NCBI GenBank assembly: GCA_903834465.1
Contig: CAILJB010000036.1
Span: forward strand, 4,386-68,385
From: an uncultured Pseudomonadota bacterium
GTDB taxonomy: Bacteria; Pseudomonadota; Gammaproteobacteria; Methylococcales; Methylomonadaceae
Length of the DNA: 64,000 nucleotides
Direction: 5' to 3'
Position numbers and translations under genes: made by a program. Shown one piece after another: positions 41,155 through 49,381 of the stretch (positions are counted from its first letter, which is position 1; the number at the start of each line of letters is the position of its first letter). The notes under the pieces were generated by a model that was not told the origin of the DNA, ran no database searches, and was given only the letters and a program-made list of their open reading frames with translations.

Positions 41155-41538
41155 ATGGATAGTTTCAACGTGGCAAGTCATATTTCTGGGCAGTTTGATA
41201 AAGAGTTAGAGTCAATACACGCTAAAATCACTGCAATGGGCAATTTAGTTGAACAACAACTTTCTTTAGCTATTAAAGCCTTTACAACGGGCAATATCGA
41301 AATGGCCGCGCAAGTGTTAAAACAAGATGATTTGGTGGACGAATACGAATCAATTATTGACGCAGAATGTGTGCGTACGATTGCGTTGCGTCAACCAACC
41401 GGATGTGATTTAAGTTTGTTAATTTCGGTAATTAAAGTCACTAACGAATTAGAAAGTATTGCTGCAAAAGCCGAAGGCATTGCCGATATAACCATTCAGT
41501 TGAATCAATCAATACCGGCGGACACTCAAGAGGGTTAA
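41155..41538 (+). CDS. half-size PhoU-like protein (single PhoU repeat)
   Basis: This 127-aa protein aligns with the N-terminal repeat of the adjacent PhoU (HIS..F.KELE.I..K, KQDD.VDEYE..IDAEC, IALRQP). NELERIGD is replaced by NELESIAA. Confidence 0.65.
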   Translation: MDSFNVASHISGQFDKELESIHAKITAMGNLVEQQLSLAIKAFTTGNIEMAAQVLKQDDLVDEYESIIDAECVRTIALRQPTGCDLSLLISVIKVTNELESIAAKAEGIADITIQLNQSIPADTQEG

Positions 41539-41540
41539 CG

Positions 41541-42254
41541 ATGGATAATAGTAAAATAGCGCACCATATTTCGGAAAATTTTAACAAAGAGTTAGAGGAT
41601 ATTCGCAATAAAGTGTTAACAATGGGTGGCTTGGTCGAAGAACAAATCGAACTAGCTGTTAAAGCCTTAACATCGGGTGATATGGAACTTGCTGAATTAG
41701 TCATCAAGCAAGACAATCAAATCGATGATTTCGAAATGGAAATTGATGCGGAATGCACGCAAATTATTGCGTTGCGTCAGCCAGCCGCGTTTGACTTACG
41801 TTTGTTGTTAGTTGTTTTGCGTGTTATTAACGAATTAGAACGAATTGGCGATTTGGCGGAACGCATTGCTAAAATGGCAATTCATCTTTCTGGCAACGAA
41901 GGCAGAGCCGACCAATATCATGAATTAAAACACATGGCAGGTTTGGTTAAAGATATGCTGCACGGTGCGTTGGATAATTTTGCTCGCATGTCAATTGATG
42001 GTATTACTGACATTACACGCTGCGATGAACAAGTCGATCGCGAATACGCCAGTATTATTCGCCAATTGATTACACAAATGATGGAAGACCCGCGCAATAT
42101 TACACGAACACTGGATATGTTGTGGACGGTTCGCGCATTAGAGCGTATTGGCGACCATTCACGTTACATCTGTGAACATTTGATTTACATGGTCAAAGGC
42201 GAGGACGTTCGTCATTTAACACAATCAGAATTAGAACAAAGAATGCAAGACTAA
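41541..42254 (+). CDS. phoU: phosphate signalling complex protein PhoU
   Basis: It has two PhoU repeats, each ending in E(R)IGD (ELERIGDLAERI and LERIGDHSRYI), and is 237 aa. Confidence 0.9.
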   Translation: MDNSKIAHHISENFNKELEDIRNKVLTMGGLVEEQIELAVKALTSGDMELAELVIKQDNQIDDFEMEIDAECTQIIALRQPAAFDLRLLLVVLRVINELERIGDLAERIAKMAIHLSGNEGRADQYHELKHMAGLVKDMLHGALDNFARMSIDGITDITRCDEQVDREYASIIRQLITQMMEDPRNITRTLDMLWTVRALERIGDHSRYICEHLIYMVKGEDVRHLTQSELEQRMQD

Positions 42255-42273
42255 ATTTTTGTTTGGTCGTTTC

Positions 42274-42302
42274 TAAAAAGGTGCGTTATTCGCGCCTTTT
42301 TT
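42274..42302. terminator. stem-loop after phoU (possibly bidirectional)
   Basis: AAAAAGGTGCG-TTATT-CGCGCCTTTTT forms a stem with one G.U pair, flanked by an A-run and a T-run. Confidence 0.5.
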
Positions 42303-42313
42303 GTGAAAATTAT

Positions 42314-42661
42314 TTATTCATCACGAACAGGTTTATCCGAATTTAACGCATTCCAACCGACAACAATGCGAAAAACCATTAGCATAACAGTTGAAATCAG
42401 AACATACAGTCCAAAACCAAATTCAAACGTTAAACCCGCTAGTGAAAAACCAGCAAGTGAGAGCCACGCTGTTTTTATCTGCCATTCAAAATGAGACGCT
42501 AACCACGTTCCGGCAACCTCATCTCGCTTTAAAAAGTTAATCATGATACCAATCAATAACGGCAACCCTGCCAGAAAGAAAGTCAAAACCTGACACAAAT
42601 ACACGATGGCGGTGAGTTTTTTTAACGATGACAATTCTTCACTGGAGTTCATAGCATTCAC
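42314..42661 (-). CDS. small integral membrane protein (DUF4870-like, tentative)
   Basis: It has three predicted transmembrane helices. The pattern ...YLCQVL.F...LPLLIG.I.N...R.. resembles DUF4870/Tic20-like proteins. Confidence 0.5.
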   Translation of the reverse strand: MNAMNSSEELSSLKKLTAIVYLCQVLTFFLAGLPLLIGIMINFLKRDEVAGTWLASHFEWQIKTAWLSLAGFSLAGLTFEFGFGLYVLISTVMLMVFRIVVGWNALNSDKPVRDE

Positions 42662-42678
42662 CTCTATAAATCGATTTA

Positions 42679-43068
42679 CTATTTTTTATTAAAATAATAA
42701 TAGCCGCCAAATTTACCTTTTAAAATCATACTGCTATCAGTTTTCTCCACCAAGGAAAATAAGTCGAAGCGACTATTACCAACAAGAGAAATTTTTAATT
42801 TCCCGTCTTCTACATCATAATTGACAGGTGGTTGGTCGTAATATTTTCCTTCACGCGGAATATGCAAAATGGTGACTTTGCCATCTTTGAAAACCCAAGT
42901 ATCTTCTCTTGGCATGGCTTCTTCTTTTTCGCTTGCGGTGTTTTTAGTCGATTGAAGTTTCCATGTGCCAACGACCTCGTCTTTCGATTTCAAATCAACA
43001 TCTGCAAAAACCGCACTTGCAGAAAACGCTAACGCTAACAACATTGCCGCTTGATTTATTTTTTTCAT
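42679..43068 (-). CDS. exported protein, unknown function (beta-rich, lipocalin-like size)
   Basis: From the MKKINQ start it has a signal peptide (…ASAVFA). I recognised no family. Confidence 0.5.
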   Translation of the reverse strand: MKKINQAAMLLALAFSASAVFADVDLKSKDEVVGTWKLQSTKNTASEKEEAMPREDTWVFKDGKVTILHIPREGKYYDQPPVNYDVEDGKLKISLVGNSRFDLFSLVEKTDSSMILKGKFGGYYYFNKK

Positions 43069-43140
43069 GATTGTTTCCGTTCTGATTAGACGATGTACCA
43101 AATTTAGCACTGCGGTCGATTATGCGCCGGAAATGATTGA

Positions 43141-43166
43141 AAAAACAGTGTTTTTTTACAACACTA
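43141..43166 (-). terminator. weak terminator downstream of the PilZ-like gene
   Basis: The minus strand reads AGTGTT-GTAAAAA-AACACT followed by GTTTTTT. Confidence 0.4.
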
Positions 43167-43244
43167 AAAATTCTAGTTGGCTAAAGAAAAAGTGGAGAAT
43201 GGAGAAGTAACAAATGTGGAGACAAAAATAACATCGATGCAATT

Positions 43245-43682
43245 TTACGCAGGAACTAAATCTAACCACACAGAACTAGCGCGTGGTGCATGGACACCGT
43301 AATGCGGAGGAATGTTAAGTTCAGACAAATAATCATCAATAGCATCAAGCGATTGGCTAAATTTGATGCCATACAAATTATTGATAGTATCTTGGCGAAC
43401 GATACAGGCTTCGTGTTCAAGATGTTTACCATTCAAAGATAGTTCAATTAGTACGTTCTTACCTAACGACTTGGGAAATGAATGATGTACGCTATTAAAT
43501 AGTGCGCCTGATCGACTAAGGCTCATCAACTCAATGGCAATCCCGCCCGTTTTAAATAAACCAAGACGTGTAATTGATGCGAAAATGTGGTGTTTTTTTG
43601 AAATTGGAATCCGTACATCTGCCCGTGCATCTTCTTTGAGTAGCTCATCGAATCTAGCTGACATATCGGTGAAATTTGACAT
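43245..43682 (-). CDS. PilZ-like domain protein (putative c-di-GMP receptor)
   Basis: It has RADVR (RxxxR) at residues ~20-24, then SLSRSG (a variant of the D/NxSxxG motif) about 30 aa later, and then a beta-rich segment. GGAG lies 8 nt upstream of the ATG. Confidence 0.55.
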   Translation of the reverse strand: MSNFTDMSARFDELLKEDARADVRIPISKKHHIFASITRLGLFKTGGIAIELMSLSRSGALFNSVHHSFPKSLGKNVLIELSLNGKHLEHEACIVRQDTINNLYGIKFSQSLDAIDDYLSELNIPPHYGVHAPRASSVWLDLVPA

Positions 43683-43752
43683 TGTTAATACTCCGTTATG
43701 ATTAAACGTTGATAACAGATTAAAGATTTTCTATTTCAGGCGCGTGTCAAAA

Positions 43753-43794
43753 ATGTTGCGATGCCGTGTCAATTTCATGTTTTTTATATGACAA
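43753..43794. promoter_or_regulatory. conserved intergenic element, copy A (TGTCA-N17-TGACA)
   Basis: By hand alignment, 33 of 42 nt are identical to 50175-50216. Its proximal edge lies 71 nt upstream of the PilZ-like start. Confidence 0.4.
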
Positions 43795-43808
43795 GAGAGA
43801 GTTTTTTT

Positions 43809-43842
43809 ATGTCATGGTTTTGTCAAAAACAATCATTACAAT
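43809..43842 (+). promoter_or_regulatory. candidate Pho box plus -10 upstream of the GNAT/nitrilase gene
   Basis: ATGTCAT-GGTT-TTGTCAA-AAAC-AATCAT-TACAAT has the same 7+4+7+4+6+6 geometry as the pstS and ppk sites. The -10 ends only 9 nt before the ATG. Confidence 0.45.
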
Positions 43843-43851
43843 TCAAAGACT

Positions 43852-45381
43852 ATGAAAAAAATTAAACCTAAAAAACACAAACTTTTATTACGCCATTTGA
43901 CACTCGATGATTACGATAATCTGGCAGTTTTAATGGAACATGTTTATGACAATCTCGGTGGGGCGTGGAAAAAAGATCAATACATTTCACAAATTACGCG
44001 CTTTTCTGACGGGCAGATTGTCATTGAAGACAACGGCGTATTGGTTGCCGCTGCATTAAGTATGGTGGTGGATTATTCACGTTTTGGCGATGTACATACT
44101 TACGCACAAATCACTGGTGATGGCTATTTAACAAACCATGATCCCAATGGCGATACGCTGTATGGCGTGGATATTTTTGTACATCCGAAATATCGCGGTT
44201 TGCGTTTAGGACGACGACTTTACGATGCACGCAAAGAATTGTGCCGTAAATTGAATTTACGCCGTTTTATCGCCGGTGGGCGCATTCCGGGGTATCACAA
44301 ATACGCCGATAATTTAACGCCCGTTCGTTATATCGAAGAAGTAAAAAGCCGCGAAATTTTTGATCCCGTCTTGTCGTTTCAATTAGCAAATGGCTTTCAC
44401 GTTCGCAAATTATTGACCAATTATTTACCTATTGATAAAGAGTCGTATGGTTTTGCGACGTTGCTTGAATGGGTGAATTTGGATTATGTCGATAAACAGC
44501 CAATGATTAGTGATTCAAAAAGTGTGGTTCGATTGGGTGTTGTGCAGTGGCAAATGCGAACCATGACCAGCGTTGAAGAATTGTTAAAGCATGCGGAATT
44601 TTTCATAGATGCAGTGGCAGGTTATCACGCTGATTTCGTGTTATTTCCCGAATATATGAGCGCACCACTGATGGGATTGTTTAATGACAAACATCCACCT
44701 GATGCCATTCGCGCACTCGCGGGTTTTAGTCGAGACATTCGCAACGGATTACTCGAAATGGCGATGTCGTATAATATCAATATTATCGCCGGTTCATTGC
44801 CCGAATACAGTAATCATGAGCTTTACAACGTATCGTGGTTGTTACGTCGGGACGGTACATTCGAAGCACAATATAAAATTCATGTGACTATCGACGAAGT
44901 GAGTTGCTGGGGCGTAAAAGGCGGTGACGCATTAAAAGTCTTTGATACTGATTGCGGTAAAATTGCCGTGTTAGTGTGTTTTGATTCGGAATTCCCTGAA
45001 TTAGCACGTTTAGCCGCGTTGCAAGGCGCACAAATTCTTTTTGTGCCGTTTTGGACAGATACCAAAAATGCGTATTTGCGCGTGCGTTGTTGCTCTCATG
45101 CCAGAGCGATTGAAAATGAATGTTTTGTGGCGATTACAGGCAGCGTTGGTAATTTACCGCATGCTGAAAATATGGATATTCAATACGCACAAGCCGCCAT
45201 TTTTAGTCCGAGTGATTTTTCATTTCCGCACGATGCGATTTTGGCAGAAGCCACACCAAATACGGAGATGACGTTAATTGCTGACGTGAATTTAGATTTA
45301 TTAAAACAGGCGCGTACTCGCGGCGCAGCACGAAATTTAGCTAAACGGCGTACAGATTTGTATCGTTTAGAGTGGTTTTAA
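43852..45381 (+). CDS. bifunctional GNAT N-acetyltransferase / carbon-nitrogen hydrolase (nitrilase superfamily) protein
   Basis: The N-terminal GNAT block is VHPKYRGLRLGRRLY. The C-terminal CN-hydrolase has E (FPEY), K and the Cys elbow (AVLVCFDSEFPE). Confidence 0.8.
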   Translation: MKKIKPKKHKLLLRHLTLDDYDNLAVLMEHVYDNLGGAWKKDQYISQITRFSDGQIVIEDNGVLVAAALSMVVDYSRFGDVHTYAQITGDGYLTNHDPNGDTLYGVDIFVHPKYRGLRLGRRLYDARKELCRKLNLRRFIAGGRIPGYHKYADNLTPVRYIEEVKSREIFDPVLSFQLANGFHVRKLLTNYLPIDKESYGFATLLEWVNLDYVDKQPMISDSKSVVRLGVVQWQMRTMTSVEELLKHAEFFIDAVAGYHADFVLFPEYMSAPLMGLFNDKHPPDAIRALAGFSRDIRNGLLEMAMSYNINIIAGSLPEYSNHELYNVSWLLRRDGTFEAQYKIHVTIDEVSCWGVKGGDALKVFDTDCGKIAVLVCFDSEFPELARLAALQGAQILFVPFWTDTKNAYLRVRCCSHARAIENECFVAITGSVGNLPHAENMDIQYAQAAIFSPSDFSFPHDAILAEATPNTEMTLIADVNLDLLKQARTRGAARNLAKRRTDLYRLEWF

Positions 45382-45448
45382 GCTATAAAAGTCGGTCATC
45401 ATCGTATTATGATAATTCGCTGTCTGTGACGGATGGCAGACAGACGAA

Positions 45449-45472
45449 TCTATCTATCTATTTATCTATCTA
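45449..45472 (+). repeat. tetranucleotide tract (TCTA)3-TTTA-(TCTA)2
   Basis: I read it directly at the 5' end of the porin gene. It lies in the 5' UTR if the start is ATG 45472, or inside codons 6-13 if the start is ATG 45433. Confidence 0.8.
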
Positions 45473-46911
45473 TGAAATTACTAAAATTTGTTTTACTTTT
45501 CTGTTCTGTATTTTTGATTTCACCCGCTTATGCTGAAAATAGTGATTCTAATGATTTTTCGATAATGCAAGAATTATCCGACCACGGCTGGCACGATATG
45601 GAAGATGAAGCGTGGAATATGTATGGACAATTCACTTATATTTCTTATTGGCACGGCAGTTTTAATGCGCCCTATACAAATTTAAATGGTAGCAATAGTT
45701 CGTTAGAACCAAAACAAGATTATGGTTACACAGGTACAGGCGATTTATATTTCGGCTTAAAAACATGGTGGAAAGGTGGTGAAATTTATGCTGCACCAGA
45801 AAGTATTGCCGAAGCTCCATTTTCAAATTTAAAAGGCATTGGTGGTGACATCAACGATTTTGAATTACAAAAAAATGGTGGCAGATTGCCAATTGTTTAC
45901 CGTTCAAGAGCTTATTTTAAACAAACCATCGATTTAGGTGGCGACAAGGTTCATTTAGATTCAGGGCCAATGCAACTTGCCAGCACCGTCGATAGTAGAC
46001 GTTTAACGTTTCGTGTTGGTAGTTTTAGTATTTTGGATTTTTTTGATAAAAATTCGTACTCAGGGGATTTGCGTCGCCAGTTTATGAATATGGCATTTAT
46101 GACGCATACTGCCTATGATTTTGCCTCCGATGCTCGCGGTTATAGTTTTGGTGGTGTCGTTGAGTATTTTCATGATGATTGGGCAATTCGTTTTGGTCGC
46201 ATTACGCCGCCAAAAAATCCAAATGATTTGCCAATTGATTACAGAATTTTTAAATATTATGGCGACCAAGTTGAAATCGAACATCATCACAAATTATTTG
46301 GTCGTGATGGTGCGGCGCGTTTGTTAGGCTATCGAAATCATGTCAGTGCAGGGCGTTTTGATGAGGCTATTGCTGCATTTCAAAATGATCCATCTAAAAA
46401 CGCAACGACTTGTACGGGGTATAACTATGGGTCTGAGAATGCGACCGCGCCTGATTTATGTTGGGTGCGTAGACCTCAAAATAAAATAGGTATCGGCATC
46501 AATTTAGAGCAGCAAGTTACTGATGACGTTGGGCTATTTTTCAGGGGCATGTATTCAGATGGTAAAACCGAGGTTTTTGCTTACACCTCTGCGGACAGAT
46601 CGATGTCGTTTGGTGCGCTTGCAAACGGTATGCGTTGGGGACGAGAGAAAGACCAGTTAGGTGTGGGGTATGCTCAAAGCTGGATTTCTGGGCAACATGC
46701 GAAATATCTTGGCATGGGCGGGGTAGATGGTTTTATTGGCGATGGCAAAATAAGTTATAGTCCAGAGCGAGCCGTTAATGTGTTTTACAGTGTGAACTTG
46801 CTCAGTTCTCTTTGGGTAACAGGCGATTATCAATTGCTTGTAAATCCAGCTTTCAATGCCGATAGAGGTCCAGTTGATATTTATAGCGTTAAAATGCACG
46901 TCGAATTTTAA
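45472..46911 (+). CDS. OprB-family carbohydrate-selective porin
   Basis: It has a signal peptide (MKLLKFVLLFCSVFLISPAYA) and an OprB-like C-terminus (DYQLLVNPAFNADRGPV.IY.V..HVEF). An alternative in-frame start lies at 45433. Confidence 0.75.
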   Translation: MKLLKFVLLFCSVFLISPAYAENSDSNDFSIMQELSDHGWHDMEDEAWNMYGQFTYISYWHGSFNAPYTNLNGSNSSLEPKQDYGYTGTGDLYFGLKTWWKGGEIYAAPESIAEAPFSNLKGIGGDINDFELQKNGGRLPIVYRSRAYFKQTIDLGGDKVHLDSGPMQLASTVDSRRLTFRVGSFSILDFFDKNSYSGDLRRQFMNMAFMTHTAYDFASDARGYSFGGVVEYFHDDWAIRFGRITPPKNPNDLPIDYRIFKYYGDQVEIEHHHKLFGRDGAARLLGYRNHVSAGRFDEAIAAFQNDPSKNATTCTGYNYGSENATAPDLCWVRRPQNKIGIGINLEQQVTDDVGLFFRGMYSDGKTEVFAYTSADRSMSFGALANGMRWGREKDQLGVGYAQSWISGQHAKYLGMGGVDGFIGDGKISYSPERAVNVFYSVNLLSSLWVTGDYQLLVNPAFNADRGPVDIYSVKMHVEF

Positions 46912-46947
46912 ATTTCGCTTTTCAAAACAAATAGGTTATAAAAATAT

Positions 46948-47460
46948 ATGAAAGAATTGTGGTTGCTTCGACACGCAAAATCTGACCGTAATACAGATGT
47001 CAGTGATATTGAACGTCCGTTAAAGAAACGTGGCAAACGCGATGCAAAAAATGTTGGCGCGTGGTTAAAAAAACAGCATTTAATTCCGGATGCGTTGTTA
47101 AGCTCGCCTGCAAAACGCGCCATTGAGACAGTACGCATTATTTATCAAGAACTACATGTAGCTGGTTTAGTTATTCAAGAAGACTCCCGTTTGTACGCAA
47201 CAGGGATTGAGCAATTGAAAATGGTTTTGGCAAGTTGCCCTGAAACGACACAGCGCGTTTTGTTAGTAGGACATAATCCAGAATTGGAAGATTTACTGAT
47301 TCATTTAGTGGGTAAAAATGCGTTACCTGATATGGAAAAATTGTTGCCCACCGCCGCGTTAGTCCGACTAACTTTTACAACGACATGGGATGATTTACAC
47401 GAAGAATGCGCTCAGTTGTTGTCAATTACTTATGCCAAATCTTTGTTAGAGCAATCATGA
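46948..47460 (+). CDS. sixA: SixA-type phosphohistidine phosphatase
   Basis: It has the histidine-phosphatase RH motif (LWLLRHAKS), SSPA.RA..T and LVGHNP blocks, and is 170 aa. Confidence 0.75.
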   Translation: MKELWLLRHAKSDRNTDVSDIERPLKKRGKRDAKNVGAWLKKQHLIPDALLSSPAKRAIETVRIIYQELHVAGLVIQEDSRLYATGIEQLKMVLASCPETTQRVLLVGHNPELEDLLIHLVGKNALPDMEKLLPTAALVRLTFTTTWDDLHEECAQLLSITYAKSLLEQS

Positions 47461-47470
47461 TGAACAAAAA

Positions 47471-48424
47471 ATGTTTCCGATAGGTTTGCAACCAACTCAA
47501 TCAGTCGCAGAAGCGGGTCGAAAGGTTTTGTCCTACCACTTTCATGATTTTTTAAAACATGAAAAAGGGGTACGTTCAGACAATAATACAGAGGCTCTGC
47601 ACGATATGCGAGTTGCCACACGCCGAATGCGTGCTGCGATTCGTATTTTTGAATCGGGATTTACACCCAGCGCATTAAAATTTTTCAAAAGTGGTTTAAA
47701 AGAAACGGCTCAAATGCTTGGCGCGGTGCGGGATTTAGACGTATTTATTGAAAAATTCACTGCTCATCAACAAGGATTACCATCAGTTGAACAGTTAGAA
47801 CTTGCTCCATTATTAGAATATTGTCATCTTCAACGCGACCTTGCCAGAACTAAAATGTTGGCGTATTTAGACAGTAAAAACTATAAAAAATTTAAAGCCG
47901 GCGCAACGCTTTTTATTACAGAAGAGGCACAAGAAAGCGTGGTAACTTCAACAGTAAAACCTGTCCGTTATCAAATTCGTCATGTTGCCAGTACATTGCT
48001 TTATGCGCGTTACGAAGCCTTGCGTGTTTATGAACCTTTTTTAGACAATGCTTCGCTGGAATTGTTGCATCAATTGCGTATTGATTCTAAACACTTTCGT
48101 TATGCGTTAGAGAATCTACAAGAAATTTTAGGAAACGAAAGTACGAGTGTTCTCACCGAAATTAAACATATACAAAATCATTTAGGCGATTTAAATGATG
48201 CTAAAGTCGCGTGTCAATTTTTAGACGATTTTTTAAGTCATTGGAAAAGTTATCGTCAAAAACTTACCACCGTACGCACCAAAAAGCCTGAGGCAGTTAT
48301 TGATTATTTAAAACTTAAAGTGGTAGAACGTGAACACTTGTTGGAAATGTTTTCCGAAGTTTGGCAGCATTTTAATTCGACACAATTGCGTCATCATTTA
48401 GCGTTAGCCATCTCGGTTTTATGA
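47471..48424 (+). CDS. CHAD domain protein
   Basis: It is all-helical and basic, with the CHAD hallmarks HDMRVATRRMRAA, GAVRDLDV and LRIDSKHFRYALE. Confidence 0.75.
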   Translation: MFPIGLQPTQSVAEAGRKVLSYHFHDFLKHEKGVRSDNNTEALHDMRVATRRMRAAIRIFESGFTPSALKFFKSGLKETAQMLGAVRDLDVFIEKFTAHQQGLPSVEQLELAPLLEYCHLQRDLARTKMLAYLDSKNYKKFKAGATLFITEEAQESVVTSTVKPVRYQIRHVASTLLYARYEALRVYEPFLDNASLELLHQLRIDSKHFRYALENLQEILGNESTSVLTEIKHIQNHLGDLNDAKVACQFLDDFLSHWKSYRQKLTTVRTKKPEAVIDYLKLKVVEREHLLEMFSEVWQHFNSTQLRHHLALAISVL

Positions 48425-49377
48425 ATACAAAACAAAAATCACTCACTATTTACGGTTGGTTATCAATTGCCGCCGCATTATCGACGATTGTATTGAAAAG
48501 TTATGCCTATTGGTTAACGGATTCGGTAGGTTTATTGTCAGACGCGTTAGAATCGCTTATCAATTTGGTCGCAGCAATAATCATGTTAGTCGTCTTGCAC
48601 ATTGCCGCGCGTCCCCCTGACAAAAATCATCCTTATGGACATGAGAAAATCGAATATTTTTCGAGTGGTGCCGAAGGTGTCATGATTTTACTGGCTGCCA
48701 TCAGCATCGCTGCGACGGCATGGGAACGTTTGTGGCATCCGCAATCTTTGCAACAACTTGATATTGGGATTGCGATTTCTATTCTTGCATCGCTAATCAA
48801 TTTAATCGTCGCTCAAATCTTGATTCGTGTCGGCAAACGTCGTCAATCGATTACCTTGGAATCAGATGGTAAACATTTGATGACCGATGTTTGGACAACG
48901 GTGGGCATTTTAATGGGGATTGCCGCAATTGGTATGGCTAATTATTTTGAAACCAGTTTAGCATTTGCGAAAGAATTGGGATTAAAAGATTGGGGAATTC
49001 TCGATCCGATTATTGCTATTTTAGTAGCAATCAATATTGTTTGGGCGGGTTTGCAATTGATTCGCCGCACTGTATCAGGGTTAATGGATGAGGCTTTATC
49101 GGCAACTGAACAAGCCGCAATTATCGACGTTCTTGAACAATTCGTGGTGTCTCATCACATCGCTCACCATGCGTTGCGTACTCGTTCTGCGGGGGCGAGA
49201 CGATTTATGTCTGTACATATTTTAGTGCCGGGAAATTGGACAGTGCAGCAAGGTCATGACATGGTGGAAGCGATAGAACAACATATCATGACTATTTTTG
49301 ATAATATCGACATCGATACGCATCTGGAACCTATTGAAGACCTTGCTTCGTGGCAGCATTTAAATTCAGCAGAATAA
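48421..49377 (+). CDS. cation diffusion facilitator (CDF) family transporter
   Basis: It has six transmembrane helices, SDALESLINL (TM2 metal site), HLMTDVW (TM5) and a C-terminal cytoplasmic domain. Its start overlaps the CHAD gene stop (ATGA). Confidence 0.85.
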   Translation: MNTKQKSLTIYGWLSIAAALSTIVLKSYAYWLTDSVGLLSDALESLINLVAAIIMLVVLHIAARPPDKNHPYGHEKIEYFSSGAEGVMILLAAISIAATAWERLWHPQSLQQLDIGIAISILASLINLIVAQILIRVGKRRQSITLESDGKHLMTDVWTTVGILMGIAAIGMANYFETSLAFAKELGLKDWGILDPIIAILVAINIVWAGLQLIRRTVSGLMDEALSATEQAAIIDVLEQFVVSHHIAHHALRTRSAGARRFMSVHILVPGNWTVQQGHDMVEAIEQHIMTIFDNIDIDTHLEPIEDLASWQHLNSAE

Positions 49378-49381
49378 ATCG

